Assembly: GCA_030599585.1 (NCBI GenBank) | Contig: JAUVNS010000009.1 | Span: 96,001-160,000 of the forward strand | Direction: 5' to 3' | DNA: 64,000 nt | From: Promethearchaeota archaeon | GTDB lineage: Archaea > Asgardarchaeota > Lokiarchaeia > Sigyniarchaeales > SOKP01 | Shown: positions 49,802-60,267 of the stretch, piece after piece | How positions within the stretch are numbered: the stretch's first letter is position 1 | How the letters are laid out: each line of letters opens with the position of its first letter | Notes under the pieces: generated by a model | What the model was told of the DNA's origin: nothing | What the model saw: only the letters and a program-made list of their open reading frames with translations | Databases searched by the model: none | Program-made: the position numbers and the translations under genes

Positions 49802-51504
49802 TCACCAAGTTCTATATTAGTCTTATATACTGATTCATTTTTTTGACATAGAGGACAATTGCTTTTTTGAAATATATCCTCATTTTTATGAATTAGACTT
49901 TCATATTTATGTGGTGGAAAATATATACTTCCTCCAGCTAAATTAAATATACTACAAATGCCTTTTACATGAGCTTTGTGAGTTTTTATCAATTCTATTA
50001 GCTTTTTGACTGTAGATCCTGTAATAACCACATCAATGAAGATTAAACCGTATTCACCTTCCTCTATTGTAAAACCATCATGCAAGACAAATTTAGTTTT
50101 ATCATAGCTATATTTAGCAAAAATAGATTTAATTCTCCCTATTCTTTGAGCAATACGATGTGAAATAATAATATTGCTGGGCGTATCTATAGTTAATATA
50201 AAATCTACACTATTTGAGAAAAAATCAGCTATATAACTTCCTATATACCTAGTAAGTCTAGGATATTTTAATAGTCCAAACACATTATATAGCTTTTTAA
50301 TGTGCACTCCCGAACTTAATTCATAATGCCCCACATCAATAATTTCATTTTCTTTTTTTTTAAGCTCCTTTTTGGGAGACCTACCTATAAATGGAATTAT
50401 AGCTTTAATTAAATTTACTATTAAGAATTCAAATTTCTTTTTTGGAGTTATATCCTTTTTAATCAAAGATTTTTTTAATAAATATTCTATGGATGAGTCA
50501 ATCTCTTCAGATTCTCTATCAAGTCTTAGATAAATCTCATATCTTGTAAAAGATATGCCCTTCCATAAAATAGTAAAAATTTCATTTGAAATTTTGTCTT
50601 TAATCCCGAATATATAAGGTATATTTTCTTTATCTATAGCTAAAAATTCTATATTCCTTTTATTTAATTCATCATCAATATCCTCTAAACCCATTTTTTT
50701 AAACATTTTCGGTTTTTTGAAGACATCTCTATTGATATTTACTCCTACTATGTGTTTTTTTTGTTCATATTTTCTTAAAAGTGGATATAAAAAAGAATCA
50801 GCAAAAGAAGGATCAATTATACTTACCATAGCAAAATCGCTTGATATTATAGAGCCAGTCAATACTTTCGCCATTTCTAAATATTGGAGATGCTTCTTAG
50901 AAAGTATTCGCTGAACTAAAAGATTAGATTTATAGAATTGTTTGAGTCTCTTGAATACTGAACCTTGTGGAATCCAACATCTATCATCATCTGAAATTTC
51001 AGACAATTTTGAAGGATTGAGATCTAAAATTAGAATGTTTAGTAATCTTTCTCGAGCAAGATTTCGAAGATCACTAAATGACTGAGCATGTAAAACTCTT
51101 CTTTGAACACTTCTAAATACATCAGATGTCATACCCCCTTCAAAACTCTCTAAAATTTCACTCCTTGGAGTGTTAACTAAAACTTGATTTAATATTTTTT
51201 GTGCTATCAGATAAAACTGTAAATCTCCAAATGCCCTTTGTTTTTTATTCGCTTTATTTCTATATTGTTCTATAAAGTCGTATTCTTGAACAATTAGTTT
51301 TTTAGCCATATTTCCCAAATAGCTTGCGTCCCAACCCATCTTCTTTGCAATTTCACTTAATTCGTAATTCTCTTCAATCAATTGAATGAACTGCTCTTTA
51401 TTATATTTATTGAATTTCTTTCCTAATGGATATAATCTATTAGTATCCCCTTCGGAATATTCATGCAACTCCATTAGATGTTCACGTATAGGATCTAAAA
51501 ACAA
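49789..51504 (-). CDS. HTH-like N-region + STAS-like + wHTH + PRTase-fold protein, module A
   Basis: SDFAMVSIIDPSFADSF, FTRYEIYLRLDR, GHYELSSGVH, IFIDVVITG, CPLC. Paralog of 45040-46218. Confidence 0.75.
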   Translation of the reverse strand: MFLDPIREHLMELHEYSEGDTNRLYPLGKKFNKYNKEQFIQLIEENYELSEIAKKMGWDASYLGNMAKKLIVQEYDFIEQYRNKANKKQRAFGDLQFYLIAQKILNQVLVNTPRSEILESFEGGMTSDVFRSVQRRVLHAQSFSDLRNLARERLLNILILDLNPSKLSEISDDDRCWIPQGSVFKRLKQFYKSNLLVQRILSKKHLQYLEMAKVLTGSIISSDFAMVSIIDPSFADSFLYPLLRKYEQKKHIVGVNINRDVFKKPKMFKKMGLEDIDDELNKRNIEFLAIDKENIPYIFGIKDKISNEIFTILWKGISFTRYEIYLRLDRESEEIDSSIEYLLKKSLIKKDITPKKKFEFLIVNLIKAIIPFIGRSPKKELKKKENEIIDVGHYELSSGVHIKKLYNVFGLLKYPRLTRYIGSYIADFFSNSVDFILTIDTPSNIIISHRIAQRIGRIKSIFAKYSYDKTKFVLHDGFTIEEGEYGLIFIDVVITGSTVKKLIELIKTHKAHVKGICSIFNLAGGSIYFPPHKYESLIHKNEDIFQKSNCPLCQKNESVYKTNIELGDWKW

Positions 51505-51793
51505 TTCTTCTACTACTAACTTTACCTGATAATCCAGGAAATTCGTCTCTCAAATAATTCAGAAAGTATAATGCTTTTGCTTCTGCAGTATCTTTTTTAT
51601 TAGCCGTCAAGAAAAAGTTCTACGAAAAGTTATCGTCATTTTTTCCTAAATTTAAAACAAATTGAGATGTGTAGACTGTCCCATCACCAAATGGATTACA
51701 CAACCATGAAACCGCATCGTCTTTTGTTCCATCATCATTAGGTACTTGAGCAATACTAACTATTCCTTGCCATAAATCACAATCTAAAGTCAT
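51482..51793 (-). pseudogene. Small hypothetical gene with one in-frame TAG (51620-51622)
   Basis: ATG 51793 after GAGGT. Reads MTLDCDLWQG...DDNFS*NFFLTANKKDTAEAKALYFLNYLRDEFPG...RSYT*. Confidence 0.45.
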
Positions 51794-51794
51794 T

Positions 51795-52235
51795 TTAATT
51801 ACCTCGATATTCTTTAAATTCATTACTGAAAAGTTGCGAAGATGACTTAGTAGGAAACGGTTCGCTAAGCTTCGTAGGTATTTCTTTACTCACAAGCTTT
51901 GATACTAACCGATTTACGCGTTCCGCCACGGTCTCTAAAAGCTCGTTCTTCTCCTCGATTTCCTTTCTTAGTTGAGATTCCACTTTTGTAGATGAGTTAA
52001 GTTTCTCCTCTTGGCTTTTTTCCACTTGCTGATTTTTGAAGCGACCCGGAATAAACAATACAAAATCCGTCACTTCATCTACCATGCGACCTCGGCATTG
52101 AAGGAGCAACTGCTTCAACTCTTTAGAGTTAATTTTTCCGATTGAAAAGTTTTTTATAGCGATTTTGAGTTGGTCTAACTCGCTTTTATTGAAAATAATT
52201 TTCTCTACTATCTGCTCGATTTGATCGTTGTCCAT
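51795..52235 (-). CDS. Hypothetical protein with a coiled coil
   Basis: 146-aa ORF tightly coupled to its neighbours. Confidence 0.6.
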   Translation of the reverse strand: MDNDQIEQIVEKIIFNKSELDQLKIAIKNFSIGKINSKELKQLLLQCRGRMVDEVTDFVLFIPGRFKNQQVEKSQEEKLNSSTKVESQLRKEIEEKNELLETVAERVNRLVSKLVSKEIPTKLSEPFPTKSSSQLFSNEFKEYRGN

Positions 52236-52240
52236 TAGAA

Positions 52241-52927
52241 TTATTTTGCATTCCCCCCCATATATTGTCTAAAACCGTCAAATATCGTGGAATACAGCTC
52301 GTAAGCACTTTTACACAGTTCAGCCGTTGATGTTTGTTCGGAAACTTCTATATTTTCGATTTGAACGAAGAATTGTAATTGTTTGTGCAAATAAGCAATT
52401 TCTAACCATGGATTAAGATATGAAAATGAAGCATTAATAAGTGGTTTGTATGAGGATTTATAGAACGATTCTAATGCTTTATTATACAATTTCAAATCTT
52501 TATATATTAAAGCAATCTCACTCCACACCCTCCTCAATAACTCATCCCTAGGGATTGGATAATAACCGAGTATCATTTCCTTAAATCCAAGAATGTTATC
52601 AACGCTGAATTCCTTAGTAAAGTAAATAAGGTCCTCAAATATCTGTTTGGCTTTATAATGATATCCAGATTTGCGATAGGAAATACCGAGTTGTAATAGT
52701 ATTTCATTTCTTAAACCTAAAAACAAAAGCCGGTGAGATAAATTCACTAAAACAATTTTTATATTGGCAGGGATATATCTTTCAAGAGCGTCCAGCGCTC
52801 TTTCCATATTTTTAATAGCACTATCATACTCTTCTTTATAGAAATATTCATCTCCACGTTCGCTAAATTTATGATAACTATCTATCGCATCTGATTCTTC
52901 TGAATTTATTCGTAATTCTTCATTCAT
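52241..52927 (-). CDS. TPR-containing protein
   Basis: LGISYRKSGYHYKAKQIFE and IALIYKDLKLYNKALESFYKS TPR-like helices. Confidence 0.7.
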   Translation of the reverse strand: MNEELRINSEESDAIDSYHKFSERGDEYFYKEEYDSAIKNMERALDALERYIPANIKIVLVNLSHRLLFLGLRNEILLQLGISYRKSGYHYKAKQIFEDLIYFTKEFSVDNILGFKEMILGYYPIPRDELLRRVWSEIALIYKDLKLYNKALESFYKSSYKPLINASFSYLNPWLEIAYLHKQLQFFVQIENIEVSEQTSTAELCKSAYELYSTIFDGFRQYMGGNAK

Positions 52928-53676
52928 TTTATATCATCATAACATGTCACTCCTCCGTTCTATTTAAATAACTAAAAAACGAAATGCAAACTAATTAGTT
53001 AAAGATAAAATACCTTGGGAAAAAAAAAAGATGTTCCCTGTATTCATGGTTTGTAACCATGGTTTGTTTTTAAACAAAAATTTCATTACTACTGCACTTC
53101 CCTTTCGTTAGGGTTTTTTTCTTGTTTAAACCTTCTCTTTATTCTGATAAGTCTGTAAAAATTTTAAGCCTTTAATACACCGACATGACGAAACCATATC
53201 AACATTCCTAACATCTCGAGAAGAAAAAACACGAGAATTACAAAATATATTTCAATCATAATTGTAATTTCGTTACCTAGGAACAGTATATAAAGAAAAA
53301 ATTAGAATTTGGTTAATTCTGGAAAATAAAAACTTTTATTATCAAGAAAAACGAATATCAATAATCATTTATCCATAAAATCTGTTAATTTTCGAAGTTT
53401 TACCAAACTTATTTAATAATTTGCATACTAGTATTTTCAAATAAAAGTAATGAAAAGAAAATACCAAAGAGAGATGAAATCTTCACTAATTCTGTCGATT
53501 TAGATGAAATAAACTTAATATAGAGCAAACATTTTAGAATCCTACTCATTCTCAGCAAAAATATATTTAATTGCCTTACTTGATGACAACTCAAGATTTA
53601 TCGTGGCAGCCGAATACATTAAAGACCAAAAGAGATTAAATATGTTAAAAATTTGAAATTAACGATTAGATAAGTC

Positions 53677-54153
53677 TTAATTTTTAACCTTGTATTTTTT
53701 CAACCTCACGAGCCAATATACACTAGCAATAATGGAGACCAAAATTAATATAATGACTAGATTACCGAGTACGATGTACAATTGACCAGGTATAGACCAA
53801 TAGATTATTGAAATAGCAAATCCTATAAATACTATAAAGATACTGTTTATTAATACGATTATTTGATGAGCCAGCACGTGTTTGTTCCCTAGTTTTGCAC
53901 GATAAATCAATACACACCCTTCAACTAAAAAACAAATAACAATCAAAAAGTCAGTATAAATTAACAAGGTTCCCGAAATATATGGTAAATCTCTCCACAA
54001 CCTTAAAAATCCCGAAAAAATAAATATGATACCTAGTACTAATGTGCTAATCGGTTTTATAAACGGTTTTAATGGTTCTCCTGTTCCAGATGAAATGGGT
54101 AATTCCAACTTTATTTTTTTTTTTTCCAGTTTTATTTCACCACTATAATACAC
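53677..54153 (-). CDS. Hypothetical 4-TM membrane protein
   Basis: Four hydrophobic segments; start uncertain. Confidence 0.6.
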   Translation of the reverse strand: MYYSGEIKLEKKKIKLELPISSGTGEPLKPFIKPISTLVLGIIFIFSGFLRLWRDLPYISGTLLIYTDFLIVICFLVEGCVLIYRAKLGNKHVLAHQIIVLINSIFIVFIGFAISIIYWSIPGQLYIVLGNLVIILILVSIIASVYWLVRLKKYKVKN

Positions 54154-54291
54154 TTTATTACAGTATTTAAATGTTTCTGTAAAGGGATTAATTGGTGGCC
54201 ACTCAGGACCTCGATCTTGATAATATTTTGAATTAACAATTTGATTAAAAAAAAAATGAATTTATTAAGCTTTTTCTTAAGCCATACTTTA

Positions 54292-54751
54292 CTATATTGA
54301 GTGCCATATCCAATCGTGTTGGAATTCTCTATAAATAAGATACATTAATACGCCGTAATCAATAGCAGGCCAAAAAAGGAAATTGTACACAGCAGATCCA
54401 GAAGAGGCATATCCATGTATATACGAGCCTATTGGAGGCCACCCAAAGAACTCAAAAGACATCCAAGCGCCACCACTAGGATGATAATCCCCACTAATAG
54501 TTAGACAGGTCCAAATATTCCAAATTGTAAGACCTATTATTACACTAAATATTGGATTTAGAGTGACAGTCCAGCCTAAAATAATCAAGATAAGTTGTAA
54601 AATATTTTCAAAAGTAACTATAGTACTCCATTCATACGCAGAAAATTTAATATGGAAGACAACGGAAGAAGCTATTAGCCATCCAAACCATCCAAATGTA
54701 TTCCTTAATTCTATTTTAGTATAAACTAATGGTATAATTTGCTCCGGGTTT
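54292..54751 (-). pseudogene. 5'-truncated hydrophobic/secreted protein fragment
   Basis: Frame is open from ~54751 with no start codon until TTG 54588. Confidence 0.4.
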
Positions 54752-54802
54752 TTCTATAAATTTCAAAGAAATTTTCATTGAAATCAGACTTTTATTTAGT
54801 AC

Positions 54803-55045
54803 CTAAGAGGTAAATGATTTCAACACTCTGTAGAGAGGAAATACTAATGGCATAAGATATATCAGAATATCTATAGGTGTTAATAAACCGGAATTTGCTA
54901 GAATGAATATTCCAACTATCAGAATATCTCTAAGAGGTAAATGATTTCAACACTCTGTAGAGAGGAAATACTAATGGCATAAGATATATCAGAATATCTA
55001 TAGGTGTTAATAAACCGGAATTTGCTAGAATGAATATTCCAACTA
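54803..55045. repeat. Exact 116-bp direct duplication (54803-54918 and 54930-55045) with an 11-bp spacer
   Basis: Both copies read CTAAGAGG...TCCAACTA. The spacer TCAGAATATCT is itself an internal piece of the unit. Confidence 0.92.
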
Positions 55046-55539
55046 GATTTTTCAACAAAAATGGTATGCTTTCCTTGCACTTGGATGTACATACCCTTCT
55101 GGGCTAGCGGGGATTCCACCTGCCCCAGCACCTGGCAGTGGTTTCTCCCCATGTTTCTTTTTCATATGTTCTTCATATTGTTTCCTTAAATCTTCGTCCA
55201 TAGGGGTGTCGCTAGGATAAGAAGTCCAATAATCCAACCAATATTTCAAACTTTTCTTACCTGCTTTAAGACTATCTCATAAAAAATAGGAATAATCTTA
55301 AGTTGTATATAATCGTTGTAAACGATTGTGAAAAATTGGATTTGGGATTACTAAGAAGAATTAGAAAAAATTGTAGTTTGAAGAAAATTCATTTCTTTGG
55401 TACTTGTAATGAGAAGTTAAGAAGAAAATGTCTTGAATTTTTTAATTTTTGTCAAGATCCGATTTACCTCAGTAGATTTACTTTAAATCAATTAGAAGAT
55501 ATAGGTAATTACTATACAGACAAAGCTGAATTCAATCAA

Positions 55540-55998
55540 ATTAGTAAAGGCTCTTTTTTCTGAGTTTCCTCCTAAGTCGGCATTTTCGTGAACTATAACG
55601 GGTTAAGTATTAATTTCCATTGCTGTTTTATCTTGCGATTCTGCAGCTTCAGATTGAAGCTCTGAGTATGTTGGTATCCATTTTAGATCTACAGGTGCTA
55701 TTTCAATTGTCAATTCCGCTGTTTTGTAATCTTTATTACTCTCAGCACTGTAAACAACGATTGCTATGAATGGACTCTCCTTGAGATAAATTGCTGTCAG
55801 CTCAAGATTTTTTGGTACTTCATTTGGCAAATAAATTGATAGATTATAGTTTTTTGCTGTTTCTAACATCATTTCTAATGAGACTTCACTGGATGTTCCG
55901 TAAATATCAGGTGGTTTTAAAAAATTTGAGGGTGTTGACGAAATAGAACAAGAAATAACAAAAAATTGGAATATAAAATTCAATAATAAATCTGACAA
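55540..55998 (-). pseudogene. Fragment of an extracellular-type protein with an internal stop
   Basis: IYLPNEVPKNLELTAIYLK...MEINT*PVIVHENADLGGNSEKRA continues in frame past the TAA. Confidence 0.45.
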
Positions 55999-56091
55999 AA
56001 CATTTATTAACTAACATTGAATCTTACAAATTAGTCAAATTATTTTTGACATTTTTATAAAAAAAAAGACATACACTAAGAAGGTGAAATT

Positions 56092-57525
56092 TTGAATTTA
56101 AAAAATAGTTTAAGTCGTAAAACAATTGCTCTTTTCATTATAGCTGCTTTTTTACTACCGTCATTCAGTTTAATAACAATGGTTGCTGCTGAAGAACAAA
56201 CATATCAAAATATAACTGTAGACACAGCTAATTATATGATAGAACATGAAAATAAATATCCGAACCTTTTTATTTTAGATGTTAGAGATACAATCGAATT
56301 TAACTTAGGTCATTTATTCGATTCTATTCTAATACCCCTCAATGGACTTGAAGCAAGAATCGGTGAACTTGAAGATTATAAGACTTCTGAGATAATAATT
56401 TACTGTAAATCTGGTTATCGAAGTCAACAAGCAAGTGAAATTTTAGGTGAATATGGTTTTACAAAAATATATAATATACTTGGTGGCATTTTAGCATGGA
56501 TTGATGCTGATTATCCAATTTGGACAACTTCACACCATATTACAGTAGATGAAATTACCGATACAAAATTTGAATTACTAATAGAACCACAGCTTTTGTA
56601 TTATTCAGGTTGTTATTCTTGTGATGAGAATTATGAATGTCCAAGTCAAAGTGAATCAATAAGTATAACTTCTGAGGTGTTAGAACAAGGAGAAAATTAT
56701 TTAAAAACTATCACGTACTATGATTTTAATGGAACGGTCTATGAGTCTATTCATACTACTACTTTATTATGGAGTTATGACAAAGTTACAAATGACATCA
56801 ATAAGACTATCTATTTCACATCAACAGAAATTATGTCAGAAAATTCTCTTTTCCAATTTTATCAGTTAGATTATTTTATAGATCACCAGAATTACAAGTT
56901 GACAATTCATACCACCCTTGAACCTGAACCTCAAAATTTAGACACTTATAGTGTTGCTTTTAGCACTATAAAGTATGTTCCTGTCAACGGAAACCCTATA
57001 ACTTCAATGGAATTTATTAAATTCAACATGTCCGTTACATTATCACAACAATACGACATTTTAGCTGATATCGCGGAAGAAATGGCAGAGATTTATAAAA
57101 AATCAGATGATCAAGACATAATGACGCTTCACGAAGGTTATATTAATATAGGGGATGAATTTAGCTCTCTTTCCGAATTAGTAAAAGAACAACTTGCAGC
57201 ATATGATTATCACATCCTTAAAAGTTATGCAGCTTTGGCAGATGCTTTTATACCTAATGGCGGTGGTGGTGGTGATCCTCCTCCACCTTGTACACCAGAT
57301 CCGTTTTGCCTTGTAGTATGTAATTTCATTCTTGATCTTGGTTGTGCTCTTGGAGTGGCGGTTATTTGTATATATGTATGTGCTATTCCGTGCGCAATTC
57401 CTCCTCTTTGGCCGGCTTGTGTTGTTTGTACAATTGCGTGTGTTGCTATCGGATTTACTTTATGCTACCTTATTGGGGTTTATGGTGTTAGCCCGGGTTG
57501 TGAATGGTTATGTTGTCAAGTATAA
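56092..57525 (+). CDS. Secreted rhodanese-domain protein with a C-terminal Cys-rich halocin-C8-like domain
   Basis: Signal peptide; ILDVR...GHL...YCKSGYRS...GGILAW; GGGGGDPPPP linker; 78-aa hydrophobic tail with 14 Cys. GGTGA SD. Confidence 0.72.
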   Translation: MNLKNSLSRKTIALFIIAAFLLPSFSLITMVAAEEQTYQNITVDTANYMIEHENKYPNLFILDVRDTIEFNLGHLFDSILIPLNGLEARIGELEDYKTSEIIIYCKSGYRSQQASEILGEYGFTKIYNILGGILAWIDADYPIWTTSHHITVDEITDTKFELLIEPQLLYYSGCYSCDENYECPSQSESISITSEVLEQGENYLKTITYYDFNGTVYESIHTTTLLWSYDKVTNDINKTIYFTSTEIMSENSLFQFYQLDYFIDHQNYKLTIHTTLEPEPQNLDTYSVAFSTIKYVPVNGNPITSMEFIKFNMSVTLSQQYDILADIAEEMAEIYKKSDDQDIMTLHEGYINIGDEFSSLSELVKEQLAAYDYHILKSYAALADAFIPNGGGGGDPPPPCTPDPFCLVVCNFILDLGCALGVAVICIYVCAIPCAIPPLWPACVVCTIACVAIGFTLCYLIGVYGVSPGCEWLCCQV

Positions 57526-57707
57526 TAAAATCAAAGAATAATAAATACAAGGAAAAGGAAATTTTATACAAAATTTTTTTTTTTTTTAATAATATATAAT
57601 TTACTCTTGATCTCTGTTAATTTCCATAAAGAATTGTTTTAACTCAAAAAAATTAAAGTAAAATCAAAAATTTCTACCATAAAACATAAAATAAAGGAGG
57701 TTAGGAA

Positions 57708-57905
57708 ATGAAAAAGTATAAAAAAGTTAATGCTATGGTTGGATTAGTAGGTTTACCAATTGCTATCATTACTGGGTTGATTTTCGATTTAATATTAGAA
57801 AGAGATCTACTAGAGGGTCTTATTTTCTCAATATCATTTGGATTAGTATTTGTTATTACTTGGATGGTGGCGGCTACTATCTGGAAAGGAAAAAAAGAAA
57901 ATTAA
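57708..57905 (+). CDS. Small 2-TM membrane protein
   Basis: Strong SD AGGAGG; two hydrophobic helices. Confidence 0.7.
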   Translation: MKKYKKVNAMVGLVGLPIAIITGLIFDLILERDLLEGLIFSISFGLVFVITWMVAATIWKGKKEN

Positions 57906-57936
57906 ATTTTTATTATTAATGATTTAATTACTTTAA

Positions 57937-58725
57937 ATTCAAATTAATTTTAAATTCTTTGACTCTATAAAGAGACATCCTGAAAAAGCGAAGAAATGGG
58001 AGCTAAGAAAAAAAAGTATAGAAACTTATTGTAGTAAAAATGGATTGTTATACTTAGTAGTTACTGATGATGAGATATTTGGTAATAGACTCGACAATAT
58101 TCAAATTTTTAGGAAGAATAAAATTGTCCCAGGGCTTTTACCAAAAGTTAAACCGATAATTCAATCAATTTTAAAAAGTAAGGGAAGGTTCTCTCGAATT
58201 GATCTTGCAATCGAAATTTCAAAAATTATTAAAAAGGATGTAAAAGAAATAATTCCTTCGATTGACCACCTTATTTACTTTGACTTTTTCTTATTAGATT
58301 TTAACACAAAAATAGCCGATAATACAAATCTTTCATTAAAAGGAAGGATTAAATCATTATTATATCCTTTAGATGAATATTTTATAAAATTGCAAAAGAT
58401 TAATACAAAAAATAAGAAAACACTAAATTTATCGTTAAATACTAATGAGAAAGAACCAGATGCAAATTCAAAGGACTTACGAGAATTTTATGCTTTACCA
58501 GAAAAAATACAATTAGAAATAAGAAGAAAAATTCAATTTTTGAAAATTTTTGACTCTGAAGTCTTATCAACAGAAGACATTAATGATTTTGCAGGAAGTA
58601 ATCAAATCAGTAAATCTTCATTATATTATTGGAAAAAAAATTACGACCAATATGGATGGACTGGGTTAATTCCAGATTATTCTAAAAAGGGAAGGATAAA
58701 ATGTTTTATTAAGTGTCATGATTAA
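57937..58725 (+). pseudogene. Truncated Tn7-like TnsA-TnsB fusion transposase remnant
   Basis: In-frame upstream KKSIETYCSKNGLLYLVVTDDEI (end of the TnsA nuclease domain), TnsA-C-like IDHLIY...DFNTKI, then TnsB/Mu-type HTH SKSSLYYWKKNY...GLIPDYSKKGR. No DDE domain. Confidence 0.62.
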
Positions 58726-58890
58726 ATTTGAATTTGTTGGATTTGACTTTAAACGTTTTATCTTTTCTGTTTTTAATAATTTACATTTTTATAAAAAGTT
58801 TTTCCTCTCAACTCTAGTTTATCCTAATCCTAATGGACTATTAGATTGTCTTTATAACTTAACTTTTAATAGAGTTTTTCTATTAGTTAA

Positions 58891-59643
58891 TCGGTAGAAT
58901 TTATTTTTTTTCAAAAGTATCTGAATATTCTTTTCCAAAACAGATTACTTGAGTTAAATAATGGAGAATATCATAAAAATATTCCAAGTCCAAACAGGAT
59001 GCTGATCCACATGATTTCAATTGATGCTTTAAATGCAAACAGATCACTCGATCTTGAAATAGTGTTCAATAATTTTGAAAATCATTTAAAACCACCTGGT
59101 TGCATTCTCGGTAGAGGAGTTGAGCGAAATTATCATGGATTACTTGTATCTTGTGGTCCTGATCCATATTCGGATAACTACGTAGGATATGTTCAATTAT
59201 ACAGGAATGGAATGATAGAAGCTATTGACAGTTCTCTTTTAAAACCAACTACCCAACTTCATGGTAGGAGTTATTCTAAACCCGTAAAAAAACTTGGAAT
59301 GTGGGATTTGGAAAAAAATATTATCCGTTCATGCAAAATGTATCTAAATACTTTAAAGAAGATAGAAGTAAGTCTGCCTATTTATCTTTTTCTTTCATTT
59401 ATTCATATGAGAGATTATAAGATTTCATTAGTTCCTTATGAAAATACATTTATCAGCAGAGACTCGGAATTAACTAAAAAAGATGAGATTCTACTTCAGA
59501 GGATAAAAATTGATGATTTTGAGGTTGATTTTGAAAAAAAATTAAAACCTTCTTTTGATATATTTTGGAATGCGTTTAATCAGCCAGGTTCAAGAAATTA
59601 TGATAGGAATGGGAGATTTATTAAGGATATTTACCAAAAATAA
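58891..59643 (+). pseudogene. C-terminal part of an AlbA_2/Schlafen-associated protein, 5'-truncated
   Basis: RNYHGLL, YVQLYRNGMIEA, FDIFWNAF...SRNYD. Frame is open upstream of ATG 58999; the Schlafen domain is absent. Confidence 0.5.
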
Positions 59644-59687
59644 TTCAAGAGATATTTTATATACAAAAATCTATTGATAGTATAGAA

Positions 59688-60161
59688 GTGGATGATATTT
59701 CTTATCTATCTCTTGAAGAGAATGCTTTTAAGAATTTTCCAAAAACCCTATATCAATGTACTCGGCTTGAATCTCTAAATATGTCACCTAATGATATTAC
59801 CACACTAAAAGATCAAGATGGTCATAATACTTTTGATAATTTAAGGAGGTTAGTAACAGTGGATCTGAGTTATAATTCGCTGCAGGATATCATTGATATC
59901 CGCCCCCTTAACAATTTAGAAAAATTAAATTTAAGTTATAATAAGATTTCGGATATTAGCAGTAATTTTTTAAACAATTTACCTAGCCATGAATTTCAAT
60001 TGATTCTAAAAAATAATTCAATAACTACTCTTGATATTAACACATTTGGTAAAAAAAGTTGTAAGTTAACCCTATCGAGTGATATCACTTTTACTAACGA
60101 TCAAGATAAAGCTAAATACAAAGAGCTCAAAACAGCTGAACGGATAATCATACAATCGTGA
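59688..60161 (+). CDS. Leucine-rich repeat protein (probably a fragment)
   Basis: LxxLxLxxNxI repeats (LVTVDLSYNSL, LEKLNLSYNKI). Confidence 0.75.
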   Translation: MDDISYLSLEENAFKNFPKTLYQCTRLESLNMSPNDITTLKDQDGHNTFDNLRRLVTVDLSYNSLQDIIDIRPLNNLEKLNLSYNKISDISSNFLNNLPSHEFQLILKNNSITTLDINTFGKKSCKLTLSSDITFTNDQDKAKYKELKTAERIIIQS

Positions 60162-60174
60162 AAAAAGATTTAGA

Positions 60175-60267
60175 ACGAGAGTCCATAAAAATTATTGCAC
60201 CTTTATCGGTCTCTTTTCTTATCGGACGACCGGAAGCTTGGTTTGCTTGTTGCATAGCAGGATATAA
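60175..60267 (-). pseudogene. ~90-bp fragment of an XPD/DinG helicase (motif VI region)
   Basis: LYPAMQQANQASGRPIRKETDKGAIIFMDSR. Confidence 0.7.
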
